From: an uncultured Acidobacteriota bacterium
Lineage (GTDB): Bacteria > Acidobacteriota > Thermoanaerobaculia > Multivoradales > SZUA-115
Direction of reading: 5' to 3'
DNA: 64,000 nt
Assembly (NCBI GenBank): GCA_963805975.1
Contig: CAWDVR010000003.1
Coordinates: 608,001 to 672,000, forward strand
Shown: positions 44,793-56,784 of the stretch, one piece after another
Position numbering within the stretch: position 1 is the first letter of the stretch
Layout of the letters: each line of letters opens with the position of its first letter
Program-made: the position numbers and the translations under genes
The notes under the pieces: generated by a model
What the model was told of the DNA's origin: nothing
Database searches by the model: none
Seen by the model: the letters and a program-made list of their open reading frames with translations, nothing else

Positions 44793-45695
44793 TCACTCCC
44801 GCGGAGAGGGGCGCCGCTCGCTCGCCAGGCGCTCGAGCGTCTGGCCGACCTCTTGGTACGTAGCCGGCGCCCGCGGGTTTCGTCGTACCTGGCCGAGCGT
44901 CGCGTGCGCCAGAGCGAGCGCCGCGGGTACCAGGTCCGGCGCCGCACGGGTGAGCGCGGCGAAGCCGCTCTCGACAGCCGCGGCGTCCCCCCGCGCCAGC
45001 GGTCCGGTGATGGAGGCCTGCGGCGCGCGCGCCTCGGTGCTTCCCAGGGCTCCCCGCGCCAACGCCAGATATCCCTCGGCCACCGGCTCCGGCAGCTCCA
45101 GCCGTCCGGCGAGCTCGCAGGCCAGGGAGAGCACGGTCACCACACCGCCGGCCGCCAGCGTGGCGGCGAAATGGTAGAGCGCCCGGCTCTCGGGTGGCAC
45201 CGGCACGGCCCGCGCCGCCCAGGCGTCCGTGATCCTCCGCGCCAGCACCTGGGCCGGCGGATCGCCGTCGATGCCGAACACCACCCCGGCAGCTTCATCT
45301 ACCTCCGGCAGCGCCCGCGGGAAGGCCTTGAGGGGATGGAGGGACCCGATCGCCGTGCCGAGAGCGGCCAGGGGGGAGAGCACGGCGGCCGGCAGTGCGC
45401 CCGCGGTGTGGAGCGCCACCGGCGCCTGCCTCCTCGCCGCCAAGGCCGCCGCCACCGCCGGCAGCTCGCCGTCCGGCACCGCGATCAGCAGCAGCCCGTC
45501 GCCGGCGGTCGAGAGCTCCCCGAGCCGCGCCGTCTTCCCAGCCACTATGGCCTGGCGGGCGCCGCGCGCCACCAGCCAGCTCGCCAGGCTGGTGCCCACC
45601 CGTCCCGGGCCCACCAAGGCGAAGGACAGGTCGGCGAGCGGCCCCGGAGGAGCCTCAGAGGGAGATTGAGCGCCGGCCTGCGGCCCTGGAGTCAC
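44793..45695 (-). CDS. Rossmann-like + DUF2520 protein (PanG-like ketopantoate reductase family)
   Basis: VGPGRVG, IAVPD, HTAGA, SLHPL, LYHFAA, ITGPLARGD. Confidence 0.8.
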   Translation of the reverse strand: MTPGPQAGAQSPSEAPPGPLADLSFALVGPGRVGTSLASWLVARGARQAIVAGKTARLGELSTAGDGLLLIAVPDGELPAVAAALAARRQAPVALHTAGALPAAVLSPLAALGTAIGSLHPLKAFPRALPEVDEAAGVVFGIDGDPPAQVLARRITDAWAARAVPVPPESRALYHFAATLAAGGVVTVLSLACELAGRLELPEPVAEGYLALARGALGSTEARAPQASITGPLARGDAAAVESGFAALTRAAPDLVPAALALAHATLGQVRRNPRAPATYQEVGQTLERLASERRPSPRE

Positions 45696-45791
45696 TCGGT
45701 TACAATAGCGCGGCCGACCGCGCGGCACGGTCTACGGCTTTGGTGTATTTCCAGAGCTCTGAGCCCGAGCCGATGGCGCACCATCAAATCT

Positions 45792-46928
45792 ATGAACGCA
45801 GCCAGGATCCATGTTCCTTCTGCCCGGCCCGCGAACCCGCGGCAGGCCCAGACCGGCCTGGAGGGCCGGCTCGGCGCCCGCGACCGCGAGGTCTTGAAGG
45901 ACGTCATCCGTACCTACATCCTCTCGGCGGAGCCGGTCAGCTCGCGCACCCTGGCACGGCGGGGAGGGCACGGGCTCTCCGCCGCCACGCTCCGCAATGT
46001 CATGGCCGACCTCGAGGAGTGGGGCTACCTGATGCAGCCGCACACCTCGGCCGGCCGGGTGCCGACCCGCGAGGGCTATCACCTGTTCATCGACTCGCTG
46101 ATGGACGCCGAGCACCTGCCGGCGCGCGAGCGGCGCTACATCGACGGCAGCCTCCGCCAGGCGCCGGCCGACACTGAGCACCTGATGGCGGCCACCCTCT
46201 TCCTGCTCAAGGATCTCTCGCACCAGGTGTCGATCGTGCTCACCCCAGCGCTGGGCGACACCGTGCTCAAGGCCGTCCAGTTCGTGCTGCTGTCCGAGCG
46301 CCAGGTGCTGTGCGTGGTGGTGTCGGCCAACGGCTTCGTGGACAACAAGGTGCTGCAGCTCGAGGAGCCGGTGGGCGCGCCGCTCAACCGCGAGGATCTC
46401 ACCTGGATCTCGAACTACCTGACCGAGAACTTTGCCGGCCTCACCTTGCGCGAGATCCGCGAGCGCCTCCTGGGCCTGATGGCCGAGGACCGGGCGCAGG
46501 TGGACCGGATGCTGTCGCTGTCGATCGATCTCGCGCGCCGGGGCCTCGCGCCGAGCGACGAGCGCGAGCTGCTCTACGACGGCACCAGCGAGCTCTTGTC
46601 GCAGCCCGAGCTGGCGGACATCGCGCGCGTGCGGCAGATGTTCGAGACTTTCTCGCGCAAGGCGCGGCTGGTCTCGATCCTCAACCAGTTCATGGGCGGC
46701 CAGGGCGTGCGGGTGGTGATCGGCGAGGACAGCGACGTGACCTCGGAGCTCGACTTCAGCCTGGTGACCACCAGCTACGGCGTGGGCTCGCAAAAGCTGG
46801 GCACGATCGGCATCTTCGGGCCCTCGCGCATGGAGTACCCGCGCCTGATCCCGCTGGTGCACTACCTGGGAGACTCGTTGGGCAGGATCTTGGCGGGCAC
46901 CTTTGCCGAGCGCGGGGAGGAGAGCTAG
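45792..46928 (+). CDS. hrcA: Heat-inducible transcription repressor
   Basis: EPVSSR, SAATLRNVMADLEEWGYLMQPHTSAGRVPT..GY, GIFGPSRMEY. Confidence 0.95.
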   Translation: MNAARIHVPSARPANPRQAQTGLEGRLGARDREVLKDVIRTYILSAEPVSSRTLARRGGHGLSAATLRNVMADLEEWGYLMQPHTSAGRVPTREGYHLFIDSLMDAEHLPARERRYIDGSLRQAPADTEHLMAATLFLLKDLSHQVSIVLTPALGDTVLKAVQFVLLSERQVLCVVVSANGFVDNKVLQLEEPVGAPLNREDLTWISNYLTENFAGLTLREIRERLLGLMAEDRAQVDRMLSLSIDLARRGLAPSDERELLYDGTSELLSQPELADIARVRQMFETFSRKARLVSILNQFMGGQGVRVVIGEDSDVTSELDFSLVTTSYGVGSQKLGTIGIFGPSRMEYPRLIPLVHYLGDSLGRILAGTFAERGEES

Positions 46929-46931
46929 GCG

Positions 46932-47528
46932 ATGAGAGAGAACGGCAAGGGGGTTTCCGAGGACACGCCGGTCGAGACCGCCGGCGAAGCGTCGCCCAAC
47001 GCCGGCGGCGCGGACGACGGCGAGGATCGGGTGTGGGTGATCGAGGACGAGCCGCCGGCGGGCACCGCGGGCGCCGACGAGCGGCTGCGCACCGAGCTCG
47101 CCGAGGTGCGCGAGCAGTGGGTGCGCACGCTGGCCGACCTCGACAACTACCGCAAGCGCAGCGAGCGTGAGGCTCGCGACCTGAAGCGCTACGCCCTGAT
47201 GGAGCCCATGCGCGACCTGGTGTCCGTGGTCGACAACCTGGAGCGCGCGCTCTCGGCCGGCGGCTCGGTCGACGACCTGAAGCGCGGTGTCGAGATGATC
47301 CTCGCCCAGCTCCGGGATCTGATGCGTTCCTACGGGGTGCAGGAGATCGCCGCCAAGGGAGCGCCCTTCGACCCGGCCGTCCACGACGCGGTGACGCGCT
47401 TCGAGGATCCCGCGGCGACCGCTCCCACGGTGGCCGAGGAGCTACAACGGGGTTACCAGATCTTCGACCGGCTGTTGCGCCCCGCCCTGGTCAAGGTGGC
47501 CATGCCGGCCGGCGGCGGCTCGGAATAG
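46932..47528 (+). CDS. grpE: Nucleotide exchange factor GrpE
   Basis: ADLDNYRKR, VDNLERAL, FDPAVHDA, QRGY..RLLRPALVKV. Confidence 0.95.
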   Translation: MRENGKGVSEDTPVETAGEASPNAGGADDGEDRVWVIEDEPPAGTAGADERLRTELAEVREQWVRTLADLDNYRKRSEREARDLKRYALMEPMRDLVSVVDNLERALSAGGSVDDLKRGVEMILAQLRDLMRSYGVQEIAAKGAPFDPAVHDAVTRFEDPAATAPTVAEELQRGYQIFDRLLRPALVKVAMPAGGGSE

Positions 47529-47564
47529 AAGGATAGTCCGCGGCTCGCCGCCCGTGCGGGTGGC

Positions 47565-47594
47565 AGCAGAGACGTGTAGCAGAGACGTGTAGCA
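47565..47594. repeat. 13-bp tandem repeat between grpE and dnaK
   Basis: AGCAGAGACGTGT twice, followed by AGCA. Confidence 0.7.
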
Positions 47595-47617
47595 AGGACC
47601 GTGGGGGACCACCACCC

Positions 47618-49435
<1,818 letters not shown>

Positions 49436-49448
49436 CGAAACTCCTCCG

Positions 49449-50570
49449 ATGCCCACCAAGCGTGACTATTACGAAGTGCTGGCCGTGGCGCGCGACGCCG
49501 ACGGGCAGCAGATCAAGGCGGCCTACCGCAAGCTCGCCGTCCAGTACCACCCGGACCGGAACGCCGGCGACAAGTCGGCCGAGGAGAAGTTCAAGGAGGC
49601 CGCCGAGGCGTACTCCATCCTCTCGGACGCGGACAAGCGCGCCCGCTACGACCGCTTCGGGCACCAGGGAGTCGGCGGCGCCGGCGGCGTCGACCCCACC
49701 ATCTTCACGGACTTCTCCGACATCTTCGGCAACCTGGGCAACATCTTCGGCGGCGACCTCTTCGGCGGCGGGCGCGCCGGGGGCCGCCGTCCGAGCCGCG
49801 GCGCCGATCTGCGCTACGACCTGCGGATGGAGTTCGAGGAAGCCGCCTTCGGGGTGACGAAGACGCTCTCGATCCCCCGCCTCGAGCGCTGCGACGAGTG
49901 CAAGGGCACGGGCAGCGCCGGCGGCTCCGCGCCCAAGAGCTGCTCGGCCTGCGCCGGCCGCGGCCAGGTGCGCTACCAGCAGGGTTTCTTCACCGTGGCC
50001 CGCACCTGCCCGCAGTGCAGCGGCGAAGGCGTGGTGGTGACCGACCCCTGCCCGGAGTGCCAGGGGGACGGCCAGGTGGAGCGCCAGCGGGACATCGAGG
50101 TCAAGATCCCGGCCGGGGTGGAGACCGGCTCGCGCCTGCGCCTGGCCGGCGAGGGTGAGCACGGCCGCTACGCCGGCCCGCCCGGCGACCTCTATGTGGT
50201 GCTCAGCGTCAAGCCGCACGCCAGGTTCCAGCGCGAGGGCGGCGACGTGTTCAGCGAGCTGGAGCTGACCTACGCGCAGGCCGTGCTCGGCTCCACCATC
50301 GAGGCCCAGACGCTCCACGGCAGCGAGCGCATCGACGTGCCGGCCGGCACCCAGCCCGGGCACCAGTTCCGCCTCAAGGGCAAGGGCATCCAGCGCCTGG
50401 ACCGCGGCGGCAAGGGTGACCACGTCGCCCGCGTCCGCCTCCAGGTGCCCCGCCCGAAGGATCTCTCCGCCGAGCAGATCGACCTCCTGCGCCAGCTCGC
50501 CGAGGCCGAGGGCAGCGAGGTGCGCGAGGGGCGGGGAGTGCTGGGGAAGGTGAAAGACCTCTTCGGCTGA
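49449..50570 (+). CDS. dnaJ: Chaperone DnaJ
   Basis: J domain HPD motif; four CxxCxGxG repeats; PPGDLYV. Confidence 0.96.
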   Translation: MPTKRDYYEVLAVARDADGQQIKAAYRKLAVQYHPDRNAGDKSAEEKFKEAAEAYSILSDADKRARYDRFGHQGVGGAGGVDPTIFTDFSDIFGNLGNIFGGDLFGGGRAGGRRPSRGADLRYDLRMEFEEAAFGVTKTLSIPRLERCDECKGTGSAGGSAPKSCSACAGRGQVRYQQGFFTVARTCPQCSGEGVVVTDPCPECQGDGQVERQRDIEVKIPAGVETGSRLRLAGEGEHGRYAGPPGDLYVVLSVKPHARFQREGGDVFSELELTYAQAVLGSTIEAQTLHGSERIDVPAGTQPGHQFRLKGKGIQRLDRGGKGDHVARVRLQVPRPKDLSAEQIDLLRQLAEAEGSEVREGRGVLGKVKDLFG

Positions 50571-50591
50571 GAGGCTGCTCCGCGGGCCGCC

Positions 50592-51620
50592 ATGGGAGAC
50601 GGCAAGCGGGGCCTGACGCTCGGCAAGTTCGCCCCGCTTCACCGCGGCCACCAGCTCTTGATCGAGACCGCGATCTCGGAGATGGACGAGGTCGTGGTCA
50701 TCGCCTACGACTCTCCAGAAACGACCGACATCCCGCTCCACGTCCGCTCCGGGTGGATTCGATCCCTCTATCCGGCGGTGGAAGTGATCGAGGCCTGGGA
50801 TGGGCCCAGCGAGGTCGGCTACTCACCGGAGCTGATGCGGGCCCACGAAGCTTACGTTCTGGCGTGCCTCGGAGCGGGCTCGGTGACGCACTTCTACTCG
50901 AGCGAGCCCTACGGGGGCCACATGAGCCGCGCTCTGGGGGCGGTCGACCGCCGTGTGGACGAGGCACGCGCTCGGTTCCCGGTCTCGGGTACGGCCATAC
51001 GGGACGATCCCTTCGCGCATCGCGAGCACCTGCAGCCCGTCGTCTATCGCGACCTGGTTACGAACGTCGTGTTGCTCGGCGCTCCCGGCACCGGCAAGAG
51101 CACGCTCGCCGAGCGCCTGGCGAGGGAGTTCCAGACGCAGTGGATGCCGGAGTATGGCCGCGAGTATTGGGAGAAGCACCAGGTCGAGCGGCGACTGACG
51201 CCGGCGCAGCTGGTCGAGATCGCTGAAGAGCATCTGGCCCGCGAAGAAGCTCTGGTCGCTCTGGCGAACCGCTATCTGTTTACGGACACGAATGCGATGA
51301 CTACGGCCACCTTCGCCCGCTACTACCACGGCGACGTGCCTCCCCGGCTCGCCACCCTGGCGGCCGGAGCCGCCTCCAGGTACGACCTCGTGCTCGTCTG
51401 CGACATCGACACCCCGTACGAGGATCAGTGGGATCGCTCGGGCGAGGTCAACCGGGCAGTGTTCCAGCGCCAGGTGATCGACGACCTGCGCGAGCGGAAG
51501 ACACCCTTCTTCGTGCTGCGAGGAAGCCTCGAAGAGCGCGTCGAGCGCGTCCGGCGGCTGCTCGGCAGATTCAGGAAGTTCATGAACGTGCTCGACCTCG
51601 TGGACAGTGAGCTGCCATGA
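50592..51620 (+). CDS. nadR: NadR-type NMN adenylyltransferase / ribosylnicotinamide kinase, no HTH
   Basis: GKFAPLHRGH, SSEPYG, VSGTAIR, GAPGTGKST, PEYGREYW, DTN. Confidence 0.87.
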   Translation: MGDGKRGLTLGKFAPLHRGHQLLIETAISEMDEVVVIAYDSPETTDIPLHVRSGWIRSLYPAVEVIEAWDGPSEVGYSPELMRAHEAYVLACLGAGSVTHFYSSEPYGGHMSRALGAVDRRVDEARARFPVSGTAIRDDPFAHREHLQPVVYRDLVTNVVLLGAPGTGKSTLAERLAREFQTQWMPEYGREYWEKHQVERRLTPAQLVEIAEEHLAREEALVALANRYLFTDTNAMTTATFARYYHGDVPPRLATLAAGAASRYDLVLVCDIDTPYEDQWDRSGEVNRAVFQRQVIDDLRERKTPFFVLRGSLEERVERVRRLLGRFRKFMNVLDLVDSELP

Positions 51621-52273
51621 GCACGCTGCTCAGCGTGAAGACGGTCTTCTTCACCGTTCTGGGTTATCCGATGAGCTACATCGAGCTCGTGGGTACCGCG
51701 CTGTACTTGTGGTCTGTATGGCTCATCACGAAGCGCAGCATCCTCACCTGGCCGGTGGGCATCGTGAGCGTCCTTCTCTACCTGGCGCTCTTCTACCAGA
51801 TTCGCCTCTATGCGGATGCGCTGGAGCAGGTCTTCTATCTGGGCGCCAGCGCGTATGGCTGGTGGTACTGGTCCAGGTCGAATGAGACTGCCGTCCTCTC
51901 GGAGGTCCGCTACAGCTCTGGTGTGCACTCCCTTCTCGCTCTGGCAGTGACTGCGATCCTGGCCTTCGCCCTGGGTCTCGCGACGCGCCGGTTGCATCTA
52001 TGGATGCCCATCGTGTTCCCCGAGCCTGCGTCCTACCCATTCCTCGATGCGGCGACCACGATCATGAGCTTCACGGCAATGTGGCTGATGGCCCGCAAGC
52101 GCATCGAGAGCTGGGTCTACTGGATCGTCGTCGATGTGATCGGAATCTGGCTCTACTTCGTCAAGGACGTGCGGTTCCTCTCGCTGCTCTACGTGATCTT
52201 GCTGGCCCTGGCAGTGAAGGGGTTGGCTGATTGGAGACGCGCGTTCCGGCAGCCACGCTCCGCCGGGGGATGA
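51617..52273 (+). CDS. pnuC: Nicotinamide riboside transporter PnuC
   Basis: WPVGIVS, LYAD..Q..YGWWYW, DAATT, ARKRIESWVYWIVVD. Confidence 0.9.
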   Translation: MSTLLSVKTVFFTVLGYPMSYIELVGTALYLWSVWLITKRSILTWPVGIVSVLLYLALFYQIRLYADALEQVFYLGASAYGWWYWSRSNETAVLSEVRYSSGVHSLLALAVTAILAFALGLATRRLHLWMPIVFPEPASYPFLDAATTIMSFTAMWLMARKRIESWVYWIVVDVIGIWLYFVKDVRFLSLLYVILLALAVKGLADWRRAFRQPRSAGG

Positions 52274-52332
52274 CCTTCTGGCGACGGGCCGCCATCTCGG
52301 CACCGGCGCGGGCGCGCGGTTAGACTCCACGG

Positions 52333-53214
52333 ATGCCTCCCGCCTACCTCCAACGCCTCTACGACCTCCCCGCTGTGCTCGAGGACGACTTCTCGGTCGC
52401 GCTTTGGCTGGTGGGCACGTTGGGAGTGCACAGTGTGGAGACGGCCGGCCGGGTGCGGCTCGAGGCCTGGTTCGAGCCGGGTGCGGAAGAGGTCGAGGAT
52501 GGCGAGGGATGGCGGGCGCGCGGCGTGGTTTTTCTCGGCGAGGAAACGGCGCCGTCGCTGGACTGGCTGGCCGCGTTCCGCGCCAGCGCCAGTCCTTTCC
52601 CGGTGGGTGAACGGTTCTTCGTCGATCCCCGCGAGCCGGACGGGGAGCCCGGTGAGGCACCCGAGGGCCGGGTCCTCCTGCGCCTGCCGGCGCGCACTGC
52701 CTTCGGCACCGGCAGCCACGAATCGACCGCGCTCGCCCTGGAGCTGCTGGAGGATGTAGCGCCCTTCCCGCGACCTTTCGCCGTCCTGGACGTCGGCACC
52801 GGCACCGGCATCCTGGCCTTCGCCGCGCACCTCCTCGCCGATGCGTCGCGGCCCTGCTCTACCGTCGCCTTGGACCTCGACCCTGCCGCGGTCTTCGCCG
52901 CCCGCGACAACGCGCGGCTCAATGCCGGCATCCTGGGGGAGGCCAACCCGCGGCTCTTCGCCGGGACAGTCGAGGCGCTGGATCGAAGGGCCCACTTCGA
53001 CCTCGTGCTGATCAATGTGATCCCGGAGGAGATCGCGGCCGTTCTGCCGCGCGTGGTGTCCCACCTCGCGCCCGGAGGCGAGCTGATCTTCTCGGGCATC
53101 CTGGCGGCCCGAGGCAGCGACATCGTCAGCGAGCTCGCCCGACTGGGATGCTCGATGGTGGCGGCGAGGCGGGCGGGGGAGTGGGTGGGGTACCGGTTTC
53201 GCGCCGGTTCGTAG
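52333..53214 (+). CDS. prmA: Ribosomal protein L11 methyltransferase
   Basis: AFGTGSHEST, VLDVGTGTGIL, DLDP, LIFSGIL, GEW. Confidence 0.88.
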   Translation: MPPAYLQRLYDLPAVLEDDFSVALWLVGTLGVHSVETAGRVRLEAWFEPGAEEVEDGEGWRARGVVFLGEETAPSLDWLAAFRASASPFPVGERFFVDPREPDGEPGEAPEGRVLLRLPARTAFGTGSHESTALALELLEDVAPFPRPFAVLDVGTGTGILAFAAHLLADASRPCSTVALDLDPAAVFAARDNARLNAGILGEANPRLFAGTVEALDRRAHFDLVLINVIPEEIAAVLPRVVSHLAPGGELIFSGILAARGSDIVSELARLGCSMVAARRAGEWVGYRFRAGS

Positions 53215-53220
53215 GCACCC

Positions 53221-53796
53221 TCACTTCCTGGTCTCGGCCTCGAAGTCGAGGTCGCGCAAGTAGTGGCAGGTGTAGCCGCGCGGGTTCTCTTGCAGGTAGT
53301 TCTGGTGATAGTCCTCGGCCCGCCAGAAGTCCCCCGCGGGCAGGAGCTCGGTGGTCAGGGGCCGCTTCCACTTCCCCGAGCCTTCGATCCGCGCCAGCAC
53401 CTCGGCGGCGGTCTGCCGCTGCTCCTCCGTGGTGGTGAAGATCGCCGAGCGGTACTGGCTGCCGATGTCGTTGCCCTGCTGGTTCTTGGTGGTTGGGTCG
53501 TGCATGCGGAAGAACCAGGCCAGGAGCCGCTCGTAGGGGAGAATCTCCGGGTCGAAGACGATCCGCACCGACTCCGCGTGTCCCGTGGTCCCCCGCTTGA
53601 CGTCAGTGTAGGTCGCGTTGGCCAGGGTCCCACCGGAATAGCCGACCTCGGTCTCGATCACCCCCGGGATCTCGCGCAGCAGCTCCTCCATCCCCCAGAA
53701 GCAGCCGCCGGCCAGGATCGCGGTCTCGCGCCGGCCCGCGCCGGGGACTTCGTCGAGGTGATTCGCGGGTGCTCCAGAGGGCGTCTGCGTGCTCAT
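53221..53796 (-). CDS. msrA: Peptide methionine sulfoxide reductase A
   Basis: GGCFWG, GHAE, HDPT, QYRSAIF, AEDYHQNY, GYTCH. Confidence 0.96.
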   Translation of the reverse strand: MSTQTPSGAPANHLDEVPGAGRRETAILAGGCFWGMEELLREIPGVIETEVGYSGGTLANATYTDVKRGTTGHAESVRIVFDPEILPYERLLAWFFRMHDPTTKNQQGNDIGSQYRSAIFTTTEEQRQTAAEVLARIEGSGKWKRPLTTELLPAGDFWRAEDYHQNYLQENPRGYTCHYLRDLDFEAETRK

Positions 53797-53867
53797 GGTT
53801 CGATCTCCTGTCGAGCGAGGAGCAGGCTGTGGCCTGCCTTCGCTGAGGGTATGCTACCGCGGTCACC

Positions 53868-54587
53868 TTGCCCACCCTCCTCGTCGACCCCGTACGCCTC
53901 GAGACCGCCGATCTGGAGGTCGAGGGGGACGCCTACCGCCACTTGTTCCGCGCCCTGAGGCTGGCGGTGGGGGAGGAGCTGCGGGTGGTGGATGGCGGTG
54001 GCCGGGCGCGCCGTGCCGTGGTGTCGCGGGTGGACCGTTCGCGGGGCCTCCTGCGGCTGGGAGAGCCGGCGCCGTCCCTGGAGCCCGCCGCGGAGCTGGA
54101 GCTCTTGGTCGCGCCGCCGCGCCGGGAGCGCGCCGCCTGGCTGGTGGAGAAGGCGACCGAGCTCGGCTGCACGGCGGTGCGCTTCGTCGAGACGGCGCGC
54201 TCGCCGCGGGCTTTCGGCGGTGGCGAGATCGAGCGCTTGCGCCGGGTGGCGATGGCGGCCCTCGAGCAGTGCGGCCGGGCGCGACTGCCGGTGGTGACCG
54301 GCACCCATGCCTGGAGGGAGCTCGCGGCCCTCGTGGCTGCGGCGCCGGCGCGTTTCGCCGCCGACCCCTCGGCCGCCGGGCCTGCCGGGGCGCTCGGTGC
54401 CAGACGGGCGGTATTGGTGGTGGGGCCCGAGGGCGGCTGGACCGCGGACGAGCAGGCAGATCTCGCGGCGCTCGGCTGCGCCGGCATCGCGCTGGGAGAA
54501 CGGATCCTGCGCGTGGAGACGGCGGCGGTGGCGGGAGCCGCCTTGCTGCTGCTGGGTGCTTTGCCCGGCGGGGCAGGCAAGGCATGA
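53868..54587 (+). CDS. rsmE: 16S rRNA m3U1498 methyltransferase
   Basis: HLFRALRL, EKATELG, EQCGR, VGPEGG, LGERILRVETA. Confidence 0.92.
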   Translation: MPTLLVDPVRLETADLEVEGDAYRHLFRALRLAVGEELRVVDGGGRARRAVVSRVDRSRGLLRLGEPAPSLEPAAELELLVAPPRRERAAWLVEKATELGCTAVRFVETARSPRAFGGGEIERLRRVAMAALEQCGRARLPVVTGTHAWRELAALVAAAPARFAADPSAAGPAGALGARRAVLVVGPEGGWTADEQADLAALGCAGIALGERILRVETAAVAGAALLLLGALPGGAGKA

Positions 54588-54625
54588 TTCGCGGTCTGGC
54601 TTCGATCCCAGGAAAGGACTCGGTG

Positions 54626-56743
54626 ATGCGGACTCTGAACTCTCTCTTGGCAGCAGCATGGCTCTTCACGGCGGCGGCCGGTGCGGCCGAGCCTCCCGAC
54701 GCCGGCACACCGGGCCCCGGGAAACCCGGCCTCAAGGCGGAAGACACCTTCGAGCTCGAGGTGGCGGGCGATCCGCAGATCTCGCCGGACGGCAAGACCA
54801 TCGTCTACGTGCGCCGCTTCGCCGACGTGCGCACGGACCGGCGGTTCTCGAACCTCTGGCGGATGGACTTCGACGGCGAGAACCATCGCCCGCTCACCAC
54901 GGGCGCCTTCTCCGACTCCTCGCCGCGCTGGTCGCCGGACGGCAGCCGTATCGCCTTCCTCTCGAACCGCGGCGGCTCGCCCCAGATCCAGGTGCTGTGG
55001 CTCGACGGCGGCTCGATCTCTCCTGTCACCCATCACATCACTGCGCCAGAGAGCCTCTCCTGGTCGCCGGACGGGCGCTGGCTGGCGTTCGTCGCGCTCG
55101 TCCCCGGCGAGGGGCCGAAGATCGCCAAGATGCCGGCGCCACCCGAGGGCGCGACCTGGGCGGAGCCGGCGCGAGTCGTGGACCGACTGGTCTACCGCTT
55201 CAACGGCGCCGGCTATCTGCCGGAGGGCTTCAGCCATGTCTTCGTGGTGCCGGCCGCCGGCGGCACGGCGCGGCAGGTGTCGCGCGGCGACTTCAGCCAC
55301 AGCTCGACCTTCGGGGGCGGGGGCGCGCCGGCCTGGAGCCCGGACGGCAAGTCCATCCTGCTCGCGGCCAACCGCCGCCCGGACTGGGACCTCTTTCCGC
55401 TGGACACCGAGGTCTTCGAGTTCTCGCTGGCGGACGGCGAGGCGCGGGCCCTGACCGACCGGCGCGGGCCGGATGAGTCACCGGCCGTGTCGCCCGACGG
55501 GCGTTTCGTAGCCTACGTGGGCTTCGACGACCGCTTCCAGGGCTACCAGCTTGCCCGTCTGTACGTGGTCGACCGCAAGGGCGGGGCGCCGCGGCTGCTG
55601 TCGGCTGGGCTCGACCGCGATGTGGAAGCCCCGCAGTGGACGCCGGACGGCAAGGGGATCCTCTTCGCCTACGACGACCAGGGGAGGTCGCGCCTCGGTC
55701 TCTACACGCTGGACGGCAAGCTCCGCACCGTGGCCGAGGACCTGGGGGCCGGTACCGGCTCCAGCACCGGGGGCGGCAGCTTCTCGGTCGCAGCGGGCGG
55801 CCGGATCGCCCTGGCGCGCAAGCGCTGGAGCTACCCCGGCGAGGTGGCGGCCACGACCCTCGAGGGCGGCGCCGCGCGGGTGCTGACCCACCTCAACGAG
55901 GACCTCTTCGCCGAACGCTCGCTCTCCGAGCCGGAGGAGATCTGGTTCGAGTCCTCTTTCGACGGGCGGCGCATCCACGGCTGGCTGATGAAGCCGGTGG
56001 GCATGGAGGAGGGAAAGAAGTACCCGTTGATCCTGGAGATCCACGGCGGGCCGTTCGCCTCCTACGGGCCGCTCTTCGACCTCGAAAAGCAGGTCTGGGC
56101 GGCGATGGGATACGCCGTGCTCTACGTCAACCCGCGCGGCTCGACGAGCTACGGTGAAGAGTTCGGCAATCTGATCCACCATGCCTACCCGGGCGACGAC
56201 TTCCACGACCTGATCTCCGGCGTGGACGCCGCCATCGCCCGCGGCTTCGTGGACCCGGAGAATCTCTTCGTCACCGGCGGCAGCGGCGGCGGCGTGCTCA
56301 CCTGCTGGGTGATCGGCAAGAGCGACCGCTTCCGGGCCGCGGCCTCCGCCTACCCGGTGATCAACTGGGTGAGCTGGGTGCTGACCTCCGACCTGCCGTC
56401 CTACGGCCTCAAGTACTGGTTCCCGGGTCCGCCGTGGGAGCACGAGGAGCACTACGCCAAGCGCTCGCTGCTCTCCGTGGTGGCCAACGTCAAGACGCCC
56501 ACCATGCTGATCACCGGCGAGGAGGACTGGCGGACACCGATCTCCGAGTCCGAGCAGTACTACACGGCGCTCAAGCTCCTGGGGGTCGAGGCGGTGCTGG
56601 TGCGCGTGCCGGGGGAGGCGCACGGCATCCGCGGCCGGCCCAGCCACCACATCGCGAAGATGCTCAACATCGTGGGCTGGTTCGACCAGCACCGGGCAGG
56701 TGGGGAGCGGGCTCGCGTTGACACCCCGGAAACCACCGAATAG
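54626..56743 (+). CDS. S9 family peptidase (acylaminoacyl/dipeptidyl peptidase) with beta-propeller
   Basis: Signal peptide; SPDG repeats; IHGGP, NPRGS, GGSGGG nucleophile elbow, EDWR, EAH. Confidence 0.9.
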   Translation: MRTLNSLLAAAWLFTAAAGAAEPPDAGTPGPGKPGLKAEDTFELEVAGDPQISPDGKTIVYVRRFADVRTDRRFSNLWRMDFDGENHRPLTTGAFSDSSPRWSPDGSRIAFLSNRGGSPQIQVLWLDGGSISPVTHHITAPESLSWSPDGRWLAFVALVPGEGPKIAKMPAPPEGATWAEPARVVDRLVYRFNGAGYLPEGFSHVFVVPAAGGTARQVSRGDFSHSSTFGGGGAPAWSPDGKSILLAANRRPDWDLFPLDTEVFEFSLADGEARALTDRRGPDESPAVSPDGRFVAYVGFDDRFQGYQLARLYVVDRKGGAPRLLSAGLDRDVEAPQWTPDGKGILFAYDDQGRSRLGLYTLDGKLRTVAEDLGAGTGSSTGGGSFSVAAGGRIALARKRWSYPGEVAATTLEGGAARVLTHLNEDLFAERSLSEPEEIWFESSFDGRRIHGWLMKPVGMEEGKKYPLILEIHGGPFASYGPLFDLEKQVWAAMGYAVLYVNPRGSTSYGEEFGNLIHHAYPGDDFHDLISGVDAAIARGFVDPENLFVTGGSGGGVLTCWVIGKSDRFRAAASAYPVINWVSWVLTSDLPSYGLKYWFPGPPWEHEEHYAKRSLLSVVANVKTPTMLITGEEDWRTPISESEQYYTALKLLGVEAVLVRVPGEAHGIRGRPSHHIAKMLNIVGWFDQHRAGGERARVDTPETTE

Positions 56744-56784
56744 CATCGATCCGTCTCGATATCCGTCTTTCCTGAGGGGGTGCC

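Noticed and set aside
45696-45791. CIRCE operator upstream of hrcA
   Set aside because: No matching inverted repeat found.
47565-47594. Tandem repeat as a mini-CRISPR or operator
   Set aside because: Only 13 bp, directly adjacent copies, no spacers and no cas genes.
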